A DNA stretch of 63,820 bases, filler included, from Octopus bimaculoides (GCF_001194135.2; 7 parts of 6 records of this genome joined end to end with filler, not necessarily neighbours in it), one strand, 5' to 3'. Positions 51,345-63,195 are shown, counted from the whole stretch's first letter. The notes: a model not told the origin generated them from the sequence alone. Made by a program: numbers and translations.

Positions 51345-52833
51345 CTAATATAGCATCTCTGTATGAATGTGTTTATGTTTATTCAAGGAAGTACTTACAG
51401 AGAATGATTTACCACAGATATCACAGTGATATGGCTTCTCTCCTGTATGAGTACGTTTATGTTTAGTCAAGTGACCAGATTCAGAGAATGATTCACCACA
51501 GATATCACAGTGATATGGCTTCTCTCCTGTATGAGTACGTTTATGTCTAGCCAAGTGACCAGATTCAGAGAATGATTTACCACAGATGTTACAGTGATAT
51601 GGCTTTTCTTCTGTATGAATATATTTGTGTGTAGTCAAGTGACTTCCAGTGGAGAATGATTTATCACACATATCACAGTGATACGGTTTTTCTCCTGTAT
51701 GAGTACGTTTATGTGTAGTCAAGTGACCAGATAGAGAGAATGATTTACCACAGATGTCACAGTGATATGGCTTTTCACCAGTATGAATGCGTTTATGTAT
51801 AGTGACACCACCATTTGTAGAGAATGAATTACCACAGATACTGCACTGATATGGTTTTTCTCCTGTATGAGTACGTTTATGTTCGGTCAAATGAGCACTT
51901 TTAGAAAATGATTTACCACAGATATTACAGTGATACGGTTTTTCTCCTGTATGAATATATTTGTGTGTAGTCAACTGACTTCCAGTGGAGAATGATTTAT
52001 CACAGATGTCACATTGATATGGCTTCTCTCCTGTATGAATACGTTTATGTCTAGTGAGACTTTCATTTCTAGAGAATGAATTACCACAGATATCACAGTG
52101 ATACGGTTTTTCTCCTGTATGAGTACGTTTATGATGATTTAAATTACCAGTTTGATCAAATGATTTACCACAGATATCACAGTGATATGGCTTCTCTCCT
52201 GTATGAATACGAATATGTGTGGTTAAGTTGAAGGTATTAGTGAATAATTTACCACAGATATCACAGTGATATGGCTTGTCTCCTGTGTGAGCACGCTTGT
52301 GCCTAGCCAATTTACTATTTGTAGAAAACGATTTACCACAAATATCACAGCGATATGGTTTTTCTCCTGTATGAGTAGATTTATGATCCTTTCTAGAGAA
52401 TGATTTACCAGAGATATCACAGTAATATGGCTTCTCACCAGTATGAATACGTTTATGTCTAGTCAAGTGACCAGATTCAGAGAATGATTTACCACAGATG
52501 TCACAGTGATATGGCTTCTCACCAGTATGAATACGTTTATGCATAGTGAGACCATCAGTTGTAGAGAATGAATTACCACAGATATCGCACTGATATGGTT
52601 TTTCTCCTGTATGAGTACGTTTATGTCTAGTCAAGTGAGCAGATTTAGAGAATGATTTACCACAGATATCACAGTGATACGGCCTCTCACCAGTATGAAT
52701 GCGTTTATGTTTAGTCAAATAAGTACTTAAAGAGAATGATTTATCACAGATATCACAGTGATATGGTTTTTCTTCTGTATGAGTATGTTTGTGTTTATTT
52801 AAAGCACTAGTTTGACAAAATGATTTACCACAG
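51345..52833 (-). CDS. C2H2 (Kruppel-type) multi-zinc-finger protein, 5'-incomplete (paralog B)
   Basis: Stop-free frame from the gap edge (52833) to TAG (51345): 16 complete C-x2-C-x12-H-x3-H fingers with TGEKPY linkers, one broken finger and one cut by the gap. The ORF-track start at 52718 is an internal TTG. No KRAB or BTB domain seen. Confidence 0.93.
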
Positions 52834-53575
52834 NNNNNNNNNNNNNNNNNNNNNNNNNNNNNNNNNNNNNNNNNNNNNNNNNNNNNNNNNNNNNNNNNNN
52901 NNNNNNNNNNNNNNNNNNNNNNNNNNNNNNNNNNNNNNNNNNNNNNNNNNNNNNNNNNNNNNNNNNNNNNNNNNNNNNNNNNNNNNNNNNNNNNNNNNNN
53001 NNNNNNNNNNNNNNNNNNNNNNNNNNNNNNNNNNNNNNNNNNNNNNNNNNNNNNNNNNNNNNNNNNNNNNNNNNNNNNNNNNNNNNNNNNNNNNNNNNNN
53101 NNNNNNNNNNNNNNNNNNNNNNNNNNNNNNNNNNNNNNNNNNNNNNNNNNNNNNNNNNNNNNNNNNNNNNNNNNNNNNNNNNNNNNNNNNNNNNNNNNNN
53201 NNNNNNNNNNNNNNNNNNNNNNNNNNNNNNNNNNNNNNNNNNNNNNNNNNNNNNNNNNNNNNNNNNNNNNNNNNNNNNNNNNNNNNNNNNNNNNNNNNNN
53301 NNNNNNNNNNNNNNNNNNNNNNNNNNNNNNNNNNNNNNNNNNNNNNNNNNNNNNNNNNNNNNNNNNNNNNNNNNNNNNNNNNNNNNNNNNNNNNNNNNNN
53401 NNNNNNNNNNNNNNNNNNNNNNNNNNNNNNNNNNNNNNNNNNNNNNNNNNNNNNNNNNNNNNNNNNNNNNNNNNNNNNNNNNNNNNNNNNNNNNNNNNNN
53501 NNNNNNNNNNNNNNNNNNNNNNNNNNNNNNNNNNNNNNNNNNNNNNNNNNNNNNNNNNNNNNNNNNNNNNNNNNN

Positions 53576-53768
53576 AGAGAATGATTTACCACAATAACAC
53601 AGGGATATGGTTTCTCACTTCTATCAATTCATTTGTGATTCATGAGGTTACTTTCCAGAGAAAATGATTTTTGACAGATACCACAATGGTATGAGGATTT
53701 TTCAGTCTCTTTTTGCAACTCTTCAACAGAATAATAAATCAATTCTTTAAGTCTGTAACATTAGCCAT
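53576..53768 (-). pseudogene. Disabled ancestral N-terminus and first fingers of ZNF paralog B
   Basis: ATG 53768 (MANVTDL) out of frame with ELIYYSVEELQKETEKSSYHCGICQKSFSLESNLMNHK*ID; TGA at 53629-53631; 1-nt deletion in finger 2 (tgtgttattgtggtaaa). Confidence 0.85.
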
Positions 53769-54121
53769 TGTTTCAATAATTTTCTTCTCTCAGGACAATA
53801 TATATTTTTTTTCAGATTTCATTTTTTATCAATTATTTCTTTCAAACGTTTCACAGCTATTTTTCCCATCGTTTCTGATATTCATCAATATCTGAAGATG
53901 CCACAAACATATATGAAACTTCATCCATCTTGTACATATTACAGACTGTACAGGAGAGAAATGCTGCCATTAATCTCCATTCAGAAGAAATATTTCACTG
54001 TAGTTTGCCATAGAGTTATATATTTGTTGCATGTAAAGTTTTTCTTTAGTCTTTAAGAGATAATTAATGTTGATGATGAATCTGATGTAAGCAATTCTTT
54101 CATGTCACAGTTTCTGCTATT

Positions 54122-55505
54122 CTGAAACAACAGAGAAACAACAACAGTATAAGATATAGAGGAATCCAAGTGAACTTTACTTTTCAATTTTTCTTTATTA
54201 TAATTACATCACTCACCATAGTTTAAAGTCTATATCTTATACATGTATGTCCAGCAATCAAACACACTACCTTATGATTGCAAGCCAGATTACAGTATGG
54301 TGTCAATATCTATAAAATCATGAAATATATCCAGTAGAAAAGGATAAAAAAAAATTAATAGATCTTATCAAAAAAAGAAAGAAAGAAAGGACCCACATGT
54401 AGCGATCTATCTGTGTGCTTTCATTTCTCTCCCCTACCACCCTTCTATCATTATGTAGATTCCGAATATACAAAACTTTTCGGTGAAAGTGTTGTGGAAT
54501 GGGGGTGGGGGACAATTTTCGGAAATTCCTCTTAACTTCCAGGAAAATGAATATTTTTTCGTGAAATTTTCTATAAATATACCTTGATGTATGTACATTT
54601 CGAGCATGTAGGAATTTTGAAGGAANNNNNNNNNNTGCGTATGTGCATCCGTAGATTTGTAATTAAGTAATAAGCAGAAAAGAGAAGCCGTCATAAGAAA
54701 ACTTACGTTCAAAATAACATGCACACGATTTTTTTTCTCAATAGAAGTAAATCCCAAAGTAAACGTTTCTAGTAGAGAAGTAGAAGAGAACAGAAGCAGC
54801 GTATTACTTCGTTACAAATCTACGGATGCACATACGCATATAATAGAGAAAAATGAAACAATTATGGACGATTTGCTCTGAAACACCACCGAGTGGGGAA
54901 CACTTCTCAAAAATAACCTGCAGTTGTTTCCTTCAAAATTTCTACATGCTCGAAATATACATGCATCAAGGTATATTTATAGAAAATTTCAAGAAATAAT
55001 ATTCATTTTCTTGGCAGTTAAAAGGAATTTATTCGGAATCTAAATAATAAACAATATATGCATAGAAAATTTCATTAAAAAAATATTCATTTTTCTGAAA
55101 GTTATGACCTTCCAAAGTCGGTGGGGGGTACAACTCTGTAGTTATGACTATTTTTTAAATGAAACTCGGACTATGTTGATTCCAAGGAAATAGAAATTGA
55201 CGCAACAAACAGATAAATGAAGCCCTTACCAGAAAACTCGTTAGGCTGAAAATTACTACAGGTCTGCTACACAGAAATATGTCATTAAGACGACTTACCT
55301 GTTGCATACTTTTATTTCAATTTAAATTCCCAGGTAACTGTAGAACTATCACTGTTCTAAAGGTAAAACGTCTGGAGAAGAAATATCTTTTTCCATTGTT
55401 GTATGTGTTTCACCTTTTATAATATTTCTGTATCCTTGAGACGTCACATAATTGAATCATTTATACACATTATGACGTAATTAAACTGAACGTTTATAAA
55501 CTTAC
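54122..55505 (-). other. Putative intron 1 of ZNF paralog B (1384 bp)
   Basis: Donor aaatg|GTAAGT at 55505; acceptor gtttctctgttgtttcAG at 54123-54122; both sites conserved in paralog A. Confidence 0.6.
54456..55042. mobile_element. ~590-bp foldback/MITE-like element with nested inverted arms
   Basis: 102-bp arms 54524-54625/54928-55029 (8 mismatches), inner arms 54636-54672/54802-54838, outer tips 54456-54468/55030-55042. Confidence 0.8.
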
Positions 55506-55600
55506 CATTTCAAAATGTAAACAGCGCAGCAGGTGCCCGTTGGAAAGAATAGTCTGAAGAGGTTGTTTCCCTTTAAAATAGTTATTTCCCGAATGATCCA
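55506..55600 (-). other. Putative non-coding first exon of ZNF paralog B
   Basis: Ends in a strong donor, nearly identical to 45099-45200, no long ORF. 5' boundary is a guess. Confidence 0.55.
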
Positions 55601-56049
55601 GTAGGTGGCTCTATTCAATCATGTTTTGTTTGTATTGAGTATTTTCTTTCACTTTCTGTAGTCTGTAACTAGGGTTCGATCCCGCACCGGGAAAGTAGCA
55701 AGCTGGCAGAATCGTTACGAAACCGGGCAAAATACTTAGCACCATTCCGTTGTTCCAATTCCGCCGAGGTCGATTTTGAGAACTGCCGATGGGTACTACT
55801 AAAGGAGCGCGGATCCGAATGCGCAGTCGCGCTAGCTAGTCTTGAGTGGTCGATCCTAACCCTATCCCTAACCCGCGTGTGCAAATGAATACGTGTTTAG
55901 GGTTAGGANNNNNNNNNNNNNNNNNNNNNNNNNNNNNNNNNNNNNNNNNNNNTTAATTAATTAANNNNNNNNNNNNNNNNNNNNNNNNNNNNNNNNNNNN
56001 NNNNNNNNCCTAGTGGTTCGGCAAAAGAGACCGATAGAATAAATTATTG

Positions 56050-57030
56050 AGCAGTCATAGAGATGAATTAGAACTTCTATTCTAAATTTCTCAGTTCCTC
56101 TCAAAGAAGCTCTATAACTTGTTCCATCCCAAAATTTCTTTGTAACAATGCATTTGGAAGCACTTGAGGTGATATCTTCACACAAACCATTTGCTTTCTG
56201 ATATTCAGTGAGGTATCCTATCATCCAAATTTTCTCATAGTTCTTTATCATATGAAAGAAAAAAAAAAAATGATAGCTAAAGATAAACTTCAAATACATC
56301 AAAACCTGAGATTTTCTCTTGAGAAGAATGTTAATCTGTTCTTTATTGTTATAATGGAGAATCGAGAGATTTTTTTAAAGAGCTTTACTGATAGAAAACA
56401 ACTCATCCAAGACCTTGTTCAACAAGTGACAACAAGTTTTAAATGAAAATAATCATCCACTTGTAAATATCTGTGGTCAGTCTTATCAAACCACATTTAT
56501 GAATTGGTCAATATGTAACATATCAGGCACAGAGTCAACAATAATACAACAGTTTTTGATGTTGCCCTTGTTAATCTGACCCAGTTTCCTCTTGCTCTTG
56601 TTTTCTCTGATTAATAACAGTTTTTAGATAGATAAGTACTATATACTTATTCTTTCTTAAATTTCTTGAGATGTTCATGTAAAAACGGGTCAAACTCTGC
56701 CATAAATTCTCAGGCCCCATAAAGTTTCAATAATTTAGGGAGTCCCACATTTCTCCATTACTCTAAATACCAAACTTCATTCACTTAAAAACTTTATAAC
56801 AGCTATAGTCCTGTCTCTGCTTATTTCTGATCTGTTCTTCAAATTTCTAATCCCCAATGTTTTTATTCGTCTTTCTCGTTAACCAAAACATCATCTTCGT
56901 ATGTTCCATTCTACTTTCATGATTCTCCACAGTTCTGACTACATTCAGCCAATCAGAAAACCCATCAGTTTTAAATGATGTTTTGGCATTTATAGAAGTG
57001 TTTGCAACCAAAACAATATACACAGCCTCT
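56050..57030 (-). mobile_element. hAT transposase relic (ZMYM1-like hAT type)
   Basis: Minus: IAVIKFLSE*SLVFR (~56804-56762), A*EFMAEFDPFLHEHLKKF (~56712-56660), CIIVDSVPDMLHIDQ (56545-56501), EKFRIEVLIHLYD. Confidence 0.8.
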
Positions 57031-57691
57031 ACTCTTTAAGTAAACTAATCAGCATCTCATCATTTGTAAACTCCACTGGATTTGATGTGTGTGTGTGTGT
57101 ATATATATTTTAGGAAGTAAAAAGTTATGACTGGTGCTCATTGATTTTGGACCTATAAAGTGCTTAGCAGCATAAGTGACTTATCAGACTCTACCAATGA
57201 TAACTTTTAGTATCCTGAAAAGTATTTTACTGTTCCAATGCCTTAGAGTGTACTTCTAATACTGATGATATCCATGTCATCGTTGACTTACGACCGATCG
57301 ACTTCACAACGATTGGCATGCCAGCTCCTGGCAGCAATAGTCCAATTGGAATGTAATGGATTTAATTTCAGAAAAATTAACTCGTCTTTGGATGACATCA
57401 GCTAACAAACGTCATTGAAGACCCACAGCCAAGCACCATCTACAAGAAATTTTTACGTAAGTTTTGCAACTGTTTCTTATACTACATTGTGTACTTCTTG
57501 TATTTGCATCTTTGGTACTTTTCTATGAACAAATAACACTGTTGTGGTATAATACAGAATGCTGTGTGTGACTTTTACCTGAGAATGTACCTTAAGAATG
57601 TAAAAATATAAAACAAAGCTATGTAGGCCTATAGGCTGACTTACAACCAGTGAGCCGGAACCAGTTATGGTTGTAAGTTGTCCACGACCTG

Positions 57692-57724
<33 letters not shown>

Positions 57725-57882
57725 NNNNNNNNNNNNNNNNNNNNNNNNNNNNNNNNNNNNNNNNNNNNTTAATTAATTAANNNNNNNNNNNNNNNNNNNN
57801 NNNNNNNNNNNNNNNNNNNNNNNNGGGAGGAAGAGGGAAAGACGGGGTGCAGCAGCAACAGCAGCAGCAGCAGCAGCAGTGC

Positions 57883-57914
<32 letters not shown>

Positions 57915-59207
57915 ATTTTAATGTTATAAACATCTATTCTGATTAGCAAATGGCGTCGTACAAAAAAAAGCCTCTCTATACGTTCTACCATTTTAATCCT
58001 ATGCAAGGCTAACCTTGCCAATCGCCCTTCGGGGCAAACAGTGAAACAAAAGAAGAATCAACCGCTACGGAAGATCCTATCCATTATTGTTCCTTGTACC
58101 TACCTTAAAATATTCATTAATTTACTCGTAGACTCTTCTCCAAATTTAGACTCTTCTCTAATGATTTTGTTTTTTGGCGTTTCTATTTTTTGTTCCTGTT
58201 GGTTGTCTTGGATGTACAAATATCTTCTTCGCTACATATCGGATCTTTATAGCCATTGTTGCTCTGGGTGGCGCTATTGTCGTTAATGATGTTGTTATAT
58301 GTGGTGGTGATGATGATGATGATGATGGCAATGTTCATCGCGACGATGACGACGGTGAGGATATTGATGATAATCACGATGGTGATGATACTGATGATGA
58401 TGCTGATGATGATGTGGTGGAGGACGATGATGATTGCAATGACGATGAAGATGACGACGACGGTGGCGGTGGTGGAGGCGGCGGTGGAGGAGGCAGCNNN
58501 NNNNNNNNNNNNNNNNNNNNNNNNNNNNNNNNNNNNNNNNNNNNNNNNNNNNNNNNNNNNNNNNNNNNNNNNNNNNNNNNNNNNNNNNNNNNNNNNNNNN
58601 NNNNNNNNNNNNNNNNNNNNNNNNNNNNNNNNNNNNNNNNNNNNNNNNNNNNNNNNNNNNNNNNNNNNNNNNNNNNNNNNNNNNNNNNNNNNNNNNNNNN
58701 NNNNNNNNNNNNNNNNNNNNNNNNNNNNNNNNNNNNNNNNNNNNNNNNNNNNNNNNNNNNNNNNNNNNNNNNNNNNNNNNNNNNNNNNNNNNNNNNNNNN
58801 NNNNNNNNNNNNNNNNNNNNNNNNNNNNNNNNNNNNNNNNNNNNNNNNNNNNNNNNNNNNNNNNNNNNNNNNNNNNNNNNNNNNNNNNNNNNNNNNNNNN
58901 NNNNNNNNNNNNNNNNNNNNNNNNNNNNNNNNNNNNNNNNNNNNNNNNNNNNNNNNNNNNNNNNNNNNNNNNNNNNNNNNNNNNNNNNNNNNNNNNNNNN
59001 NNNNNNNNNNNNNNNNNNNNNNNNNNNNNNNNNNNNNNNNNNNNNNNNNNNNNNNNNNNNNNNNNNNNNNNNNNNNNNNNNNNNNNNNNNNNNNNNNNNN
59101 NNNNNNNNNNNNNNNNNNNNNNNNNNNNNNNNNNNGCTGACAATGGATCTGGCAATGTCGATGTTCCTGATGTTATTGGGGTTAATACTGAGGTTGATTT
59201 TTTTAGA

Positions 59208-59615
59208 CAGCCAGCTGGCAGAGCCATTAGCAACGCCGGGTAAAAATGCTTCGAGCCGTTTCGTCCCTCTTTACGTTCTGCGGGGCCGATACAAAATAAG
59301 GACCAGTTAAATATTGGGATCGATGTAATCGATTTATCCCCTCCCCTTAAATTTCTGGCATTATGGCAGAATAAAAAAAAAACAATATTTATGTTGATTA
59401 AAAGGCGGCGATTTGGAACAATTCTTAGCGTGCCGGGTAACGTATTTAACGTTGTTTCGTCCTTTATGTTCTGTGTTCAAACTCCACATAGGTTTTCTCT
59501 GCCTTTCATTCTTTCGGGGCCGACAAAATAAGTAGCAGTTGAGTACTAGGAAAGTTGTAACTGACTTACCCATCTTTCCTGAAATTGCTGGCCCTGTGCC
59601 AACATTTCAAACTAA
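59208..59615 (+). mobile_element. Two adjacent SINE family A copies (59208-59365, 59400-59615)
   Basis: cagctggcagagccattagcaacgccgggtaaaatgctt and aaggcggcg...tttcattctttcggggccgacaaaataagtagcagttgagtact. Confidence 0.8.
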
Positions 59616-60257
59616 TATTGATGTTGGTTTTGTTGTCAATAATATGGACTGATGTTGTTGACAATCCTGTCTGCGGTTGCCGTTGTTGGTGATGTTGACG
59701 CATATACCGTATTTGATATTGTGGTTACCGTTTTTTACAGTCATTGAAATTGTTGTTCATTCATTTTTTGTTAATATTCCCGCTGACGATGTCGCTGTGG
59801 TGATTTCTTTCTAACCGTATCACTGTCGATCACGTTGTTCCCGTTGTAGACATTATCGACCCCGTCGTTGTTTTGTCGATGTTGTTATTGAGTTGTTGAT
59901 ATTAAGGCTTTTTGTTGATCTTCCTAATGTTGTCGAAAACGTTGCCGATGCTAGCCATAGTGTTTATTTCTTGCAGAGATATTGATCATGTTGCTGCAGT
60001 CGTTGTTATTGATGTTGATCGTACCTCTATTGTTTGTCACCAGTTCAATGTCGATTGATCAAAGCCATAGTCTTAACTATTCAAGCCGTGTCCATCCCTT
60101 CGAGATTTCGCTAACAATATAACCAGACTATATTATTCTAAACACTGTTGTTTATACACCTGAATATATAATTCTAGTTTAGATGGGAAGGGTTTGACTC
60201 CAGTTTCCATACCACTGCAACGTAAATTGTTCTCGTGCTCCTGGAATTAACTATAGG

Positions 60258-60415
60258 ATAGCTGTGTGGTTAAGAAGCTCGGTTCGTAAATTTGTGGTTT
60301 CAGGTTCATTCCCATTGTACATCATATTGGCCAAGAGTCTTTTATTATCGCCTCCGGGCTGACTAATAACTTGTGAGTGAATTTCATAGGTGGGAAATTG
60401 TGTGGAAGCCCGTTG
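60258..60415 (+). mobile_element. SINE family B
   Basis: tagctgtgtggttaagaagctc...caggttcattccc...ttggccaagagtctt...ttgtgagtgaattt...tgtgtggaagcccg. Confidence 0.7.
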
Positions 60416-60457
60416 GGAATACAATAAATATATTCTTTGGGTTTGTTTTTAAACTTC

Positions 60458-60496
<39 letters not shown>

Positions 60497-60623
60497 CTGA
60501 CTGACAGACAGACACACAGATAGATAGCTAGATAGCTAGATAGCTAGACAGATAGATAGATAGAATATCGTACAAAGAATTTTTCCTGATTTCTTTGTTA
60601 GTGTTGTTTATCTTCATCTTTAC

Positions 60624-60790
60624 CCTGAAATCTAAAACCATAGTGGTAGTTCTCTGGCTTTTTCCCTCCCCTTTTCCTGCATAGGGTCTTCCAGAATACA
60701 TTAAACCACTCGGCCATAATCTCTTCTTTTCTTTCCTCTTTATAGAGTCCGCCATTTTACGTTCTTGGTATGCCTAGTGACCGCCCAACT
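60624..60790 (-). promoter_or_regulatory. Candidate promoter/first exon with YY1-type motif over an ATG
   Basis: Minus GGGCGG (60786-60781), AAAATGGCGG (60758-60749, YY1 consensus), 44 codons MADSIKRKEKKRL...VLDFR, then a possible AGG|GTAAAG donor at 60623. No recognisable homolog. Confidence 0.35.
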
Positions 60791-61519
60791 GGCAAGTGAG
60801 TTGTCACGACTAAACTAACTTAACATGGATGATCATTTATGAATTTTTATTTAATAATGGATTGTGTAAGATTTTAACAGTGAAATGACAAAAAATTAAC
60901 ATAGATAAAAGTTGTAAATTTACTTTATACATTGCAAGTTAATGGCTTCCCTGTGGCTGATAAAATCTCATGTTATTTTAATAATCCTCATAAGTTTGAA
61001 CATGAATAATATAATTAACACAAGAGGAAAAATTTAGGAGGTTCATTACGTTATCTCCCCGCACAATCATCGTCTTCTAAAGCCTAATAACAATGCGACA
61101 CACTAAGGATCCCTTTGGGGGTACTAACTGCAGAGTTGAGGATCTCTGCATTAAACAATATCTCACTATATAACTTACACAAGCAGGTAACAGTTTGTGA
61201 TAGGTATGGCTGCTATTTCTTGCAGATGAAGTGATCTACGGAATAGAAGGTGGGTCAGTGAGTTAGGAAGATGACATGACATATTATGTCATGTGACCCA
61301 GTATAAAGACTCTGAAATAGGTTAATGCTCACTTATGGCAACAATAAACAATATTTATTTCTCAATAAAACTAAAAATAATAATATTAAATACAATAAGT
61401 TCTTCATTCGTAAATAGATTTATATGAATACATCAAACGTACTTCCATTGATCTAGCAGGTTGTGTGCATATGTGTTGGCATATACATACATACATACAT
61501 ATATATATGTATATATATG

Positions 61520-61550
<31 letters not shown>

Positions 61551-61650
61551 NNNNNNNNNNNNNNNNNNNNNNNNNNNNNNNNNNNNNNNNNNNNTTAATT
61601 AATTAANNNNNNNNNNNNNNNNNNNNNNNNNNNNNNNNNNNNNNNNNNNN

Positions 61651-61985
61651 AGGATCGTGGTTTCGATTCCCAGGCCGGGCGTTGTGAGTGATTATTGAGC
61701 GAAAACACCTAAAGCCCCACGAGGCTCCGGCAGGGGATGGTGGCGAACCCTGCTGTACTCTTTCACCACAACTTTCTCTCACTCTTTCTTCCTGTTTCTG
61801 TTGTGTCTGTATTTCAAAGGGCCAGCCTTGTCACACTGTGTCACGCTGAATCTCCCCGAGAACTACGTTAAGGGTACACGTGTCTGTGGAGTGCCCAGCC
61901 ACTTGCACGTTAAATTTCACGAGCAGGCTGTTCCGTTTGATCGGATCCACTGAAACCCTCGTCATCGTAACCGACGGAGTGCCAC
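61651..61985 (+). mobile_element. SINE family C (tRNA-like head, long conserved-looking body)
   Basis: B-box-like gtggtttcgattcccagg; body aaagggccagccttgtcacactgtgtcacgctgaatctccccgagaactacgttaagggtacacg; partial second copy at 15040-15130. Confidence 0.65.
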
Positions 61986-62358
61986 CAATTTATACATACA
62001 TACATACATACATACATACACATATACATACATACATGCATATACATAGATGTATATGTAGGCATAATATACCAACATAATTATCACTTGACCCATCCTT
62101 TAGCGCAAGTATTTGACCAATTTGATGGTATTTATTCTCCCTGAGAGTAATTGTATTCATTTTCTGATAACGGTCTACGAACGCAAGAATTCGAACCCGT
62201 TTTTTTCTGTCTACAGAGAGAGGCAAACTCTGAAATATGACCATCCTGTTTTCTTTCCATAGTAACGTTGAAATTCTATGTTTATTAAAAAAGACATAAC
62301 TTGCATTTAAAAGTCATCCAAAATTTGCTCCATACCGCAACTACAAATAAATGAATGA

Positions 62359-62400
<42 letters not shown>

Positions 62401-63162
62401 NNNNNNNNNNNNNNNNNNNNNNNNNNNNNNNNNNNNNNNNNNNNNNNNNNNNNNNNNNNNNNNNNNNNNNNNNNNNNNNNNNNNNNNNNNNNNNNNNNNN
62501 NNNNNNNNNNNNNNNNNNNNNNNNNNNNNNNNNNNNNNNNNNNNNNNNNNNNNNNNNNNNNNNNNNNNNNNNNNNNNNNNNNNNNNNNNNNNNNNNNNNN
62601 NNNNNNNNNNNNNNNNNNNNNNNNNNNNNNNNNNNNNNNNNNNNNNNNNNNNNNNNNNNNNNNNNNNNNNNNNNNNNNNNNNNNNNNNNNNNNNNNNNNN
62701 NNNNNNNNNNNNNNNNNNNNNNNNNNNNNNNNNNNNNNNNNNNNNNNNNNNNNNNNNNNNNNNNNNNNNNNNNNNNNNNNNNNNNNNNNNNNNNNNNNNN
62801 NNNNNNNNNNNNNNNNNNNNNNNNNNNNNNNNNNNNNNNNNNNNNNNNNNNNNNNNNNNNNNNNNNNNNNNNNNNNNNNNNNNNNNNNNNNNNNNNNNNN
62901 NNNNNNNNNNNNNNNNNNNNNNNNNNNNNNNNNNNNNNNNNNNNNNNNNNNNNNNNNNNNNNNNNNNNNNNNNNNNNNNNNNNNNNNNNNNNNNNNNNNN
63001 NNNNNNNNNNNNNNNNNNNNNNNNNNNNNNNNNNNNNNNNNNNNNNNNNNNNNNNNNNNNNNNNNNNNNNNNNNNNNNNNNNNNNNNNNNNNNNNNNNNN
63101 NNNNNNNNNNNNNNNNNNNNNNNNNNNNNNNNNNNNNNNNNNNNNNNNNNNNNNNNNNNNNN

Positions 63163-63195
<33 letters not shown>

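Noticed and set aside
53629-53631. Rescue of the finger-1 TGA (also 41561-41563) by A-to-I editing to UGG
   Set aside because: Editing cannot repair the two flanking frameshifts or the lost second His.
57372-57456. Plus-strand segment bounded by tttcAG and GTAAGT
   Set aside because: All three frames contain stops and no partner exon is visible; such sites arise by chance in AT-rich DNA.
59620-60050. GTT/GAT-rich region as a coding exon
   Set aside because: Looks like an old decayed triplet microsatellite with no sustained ORF.
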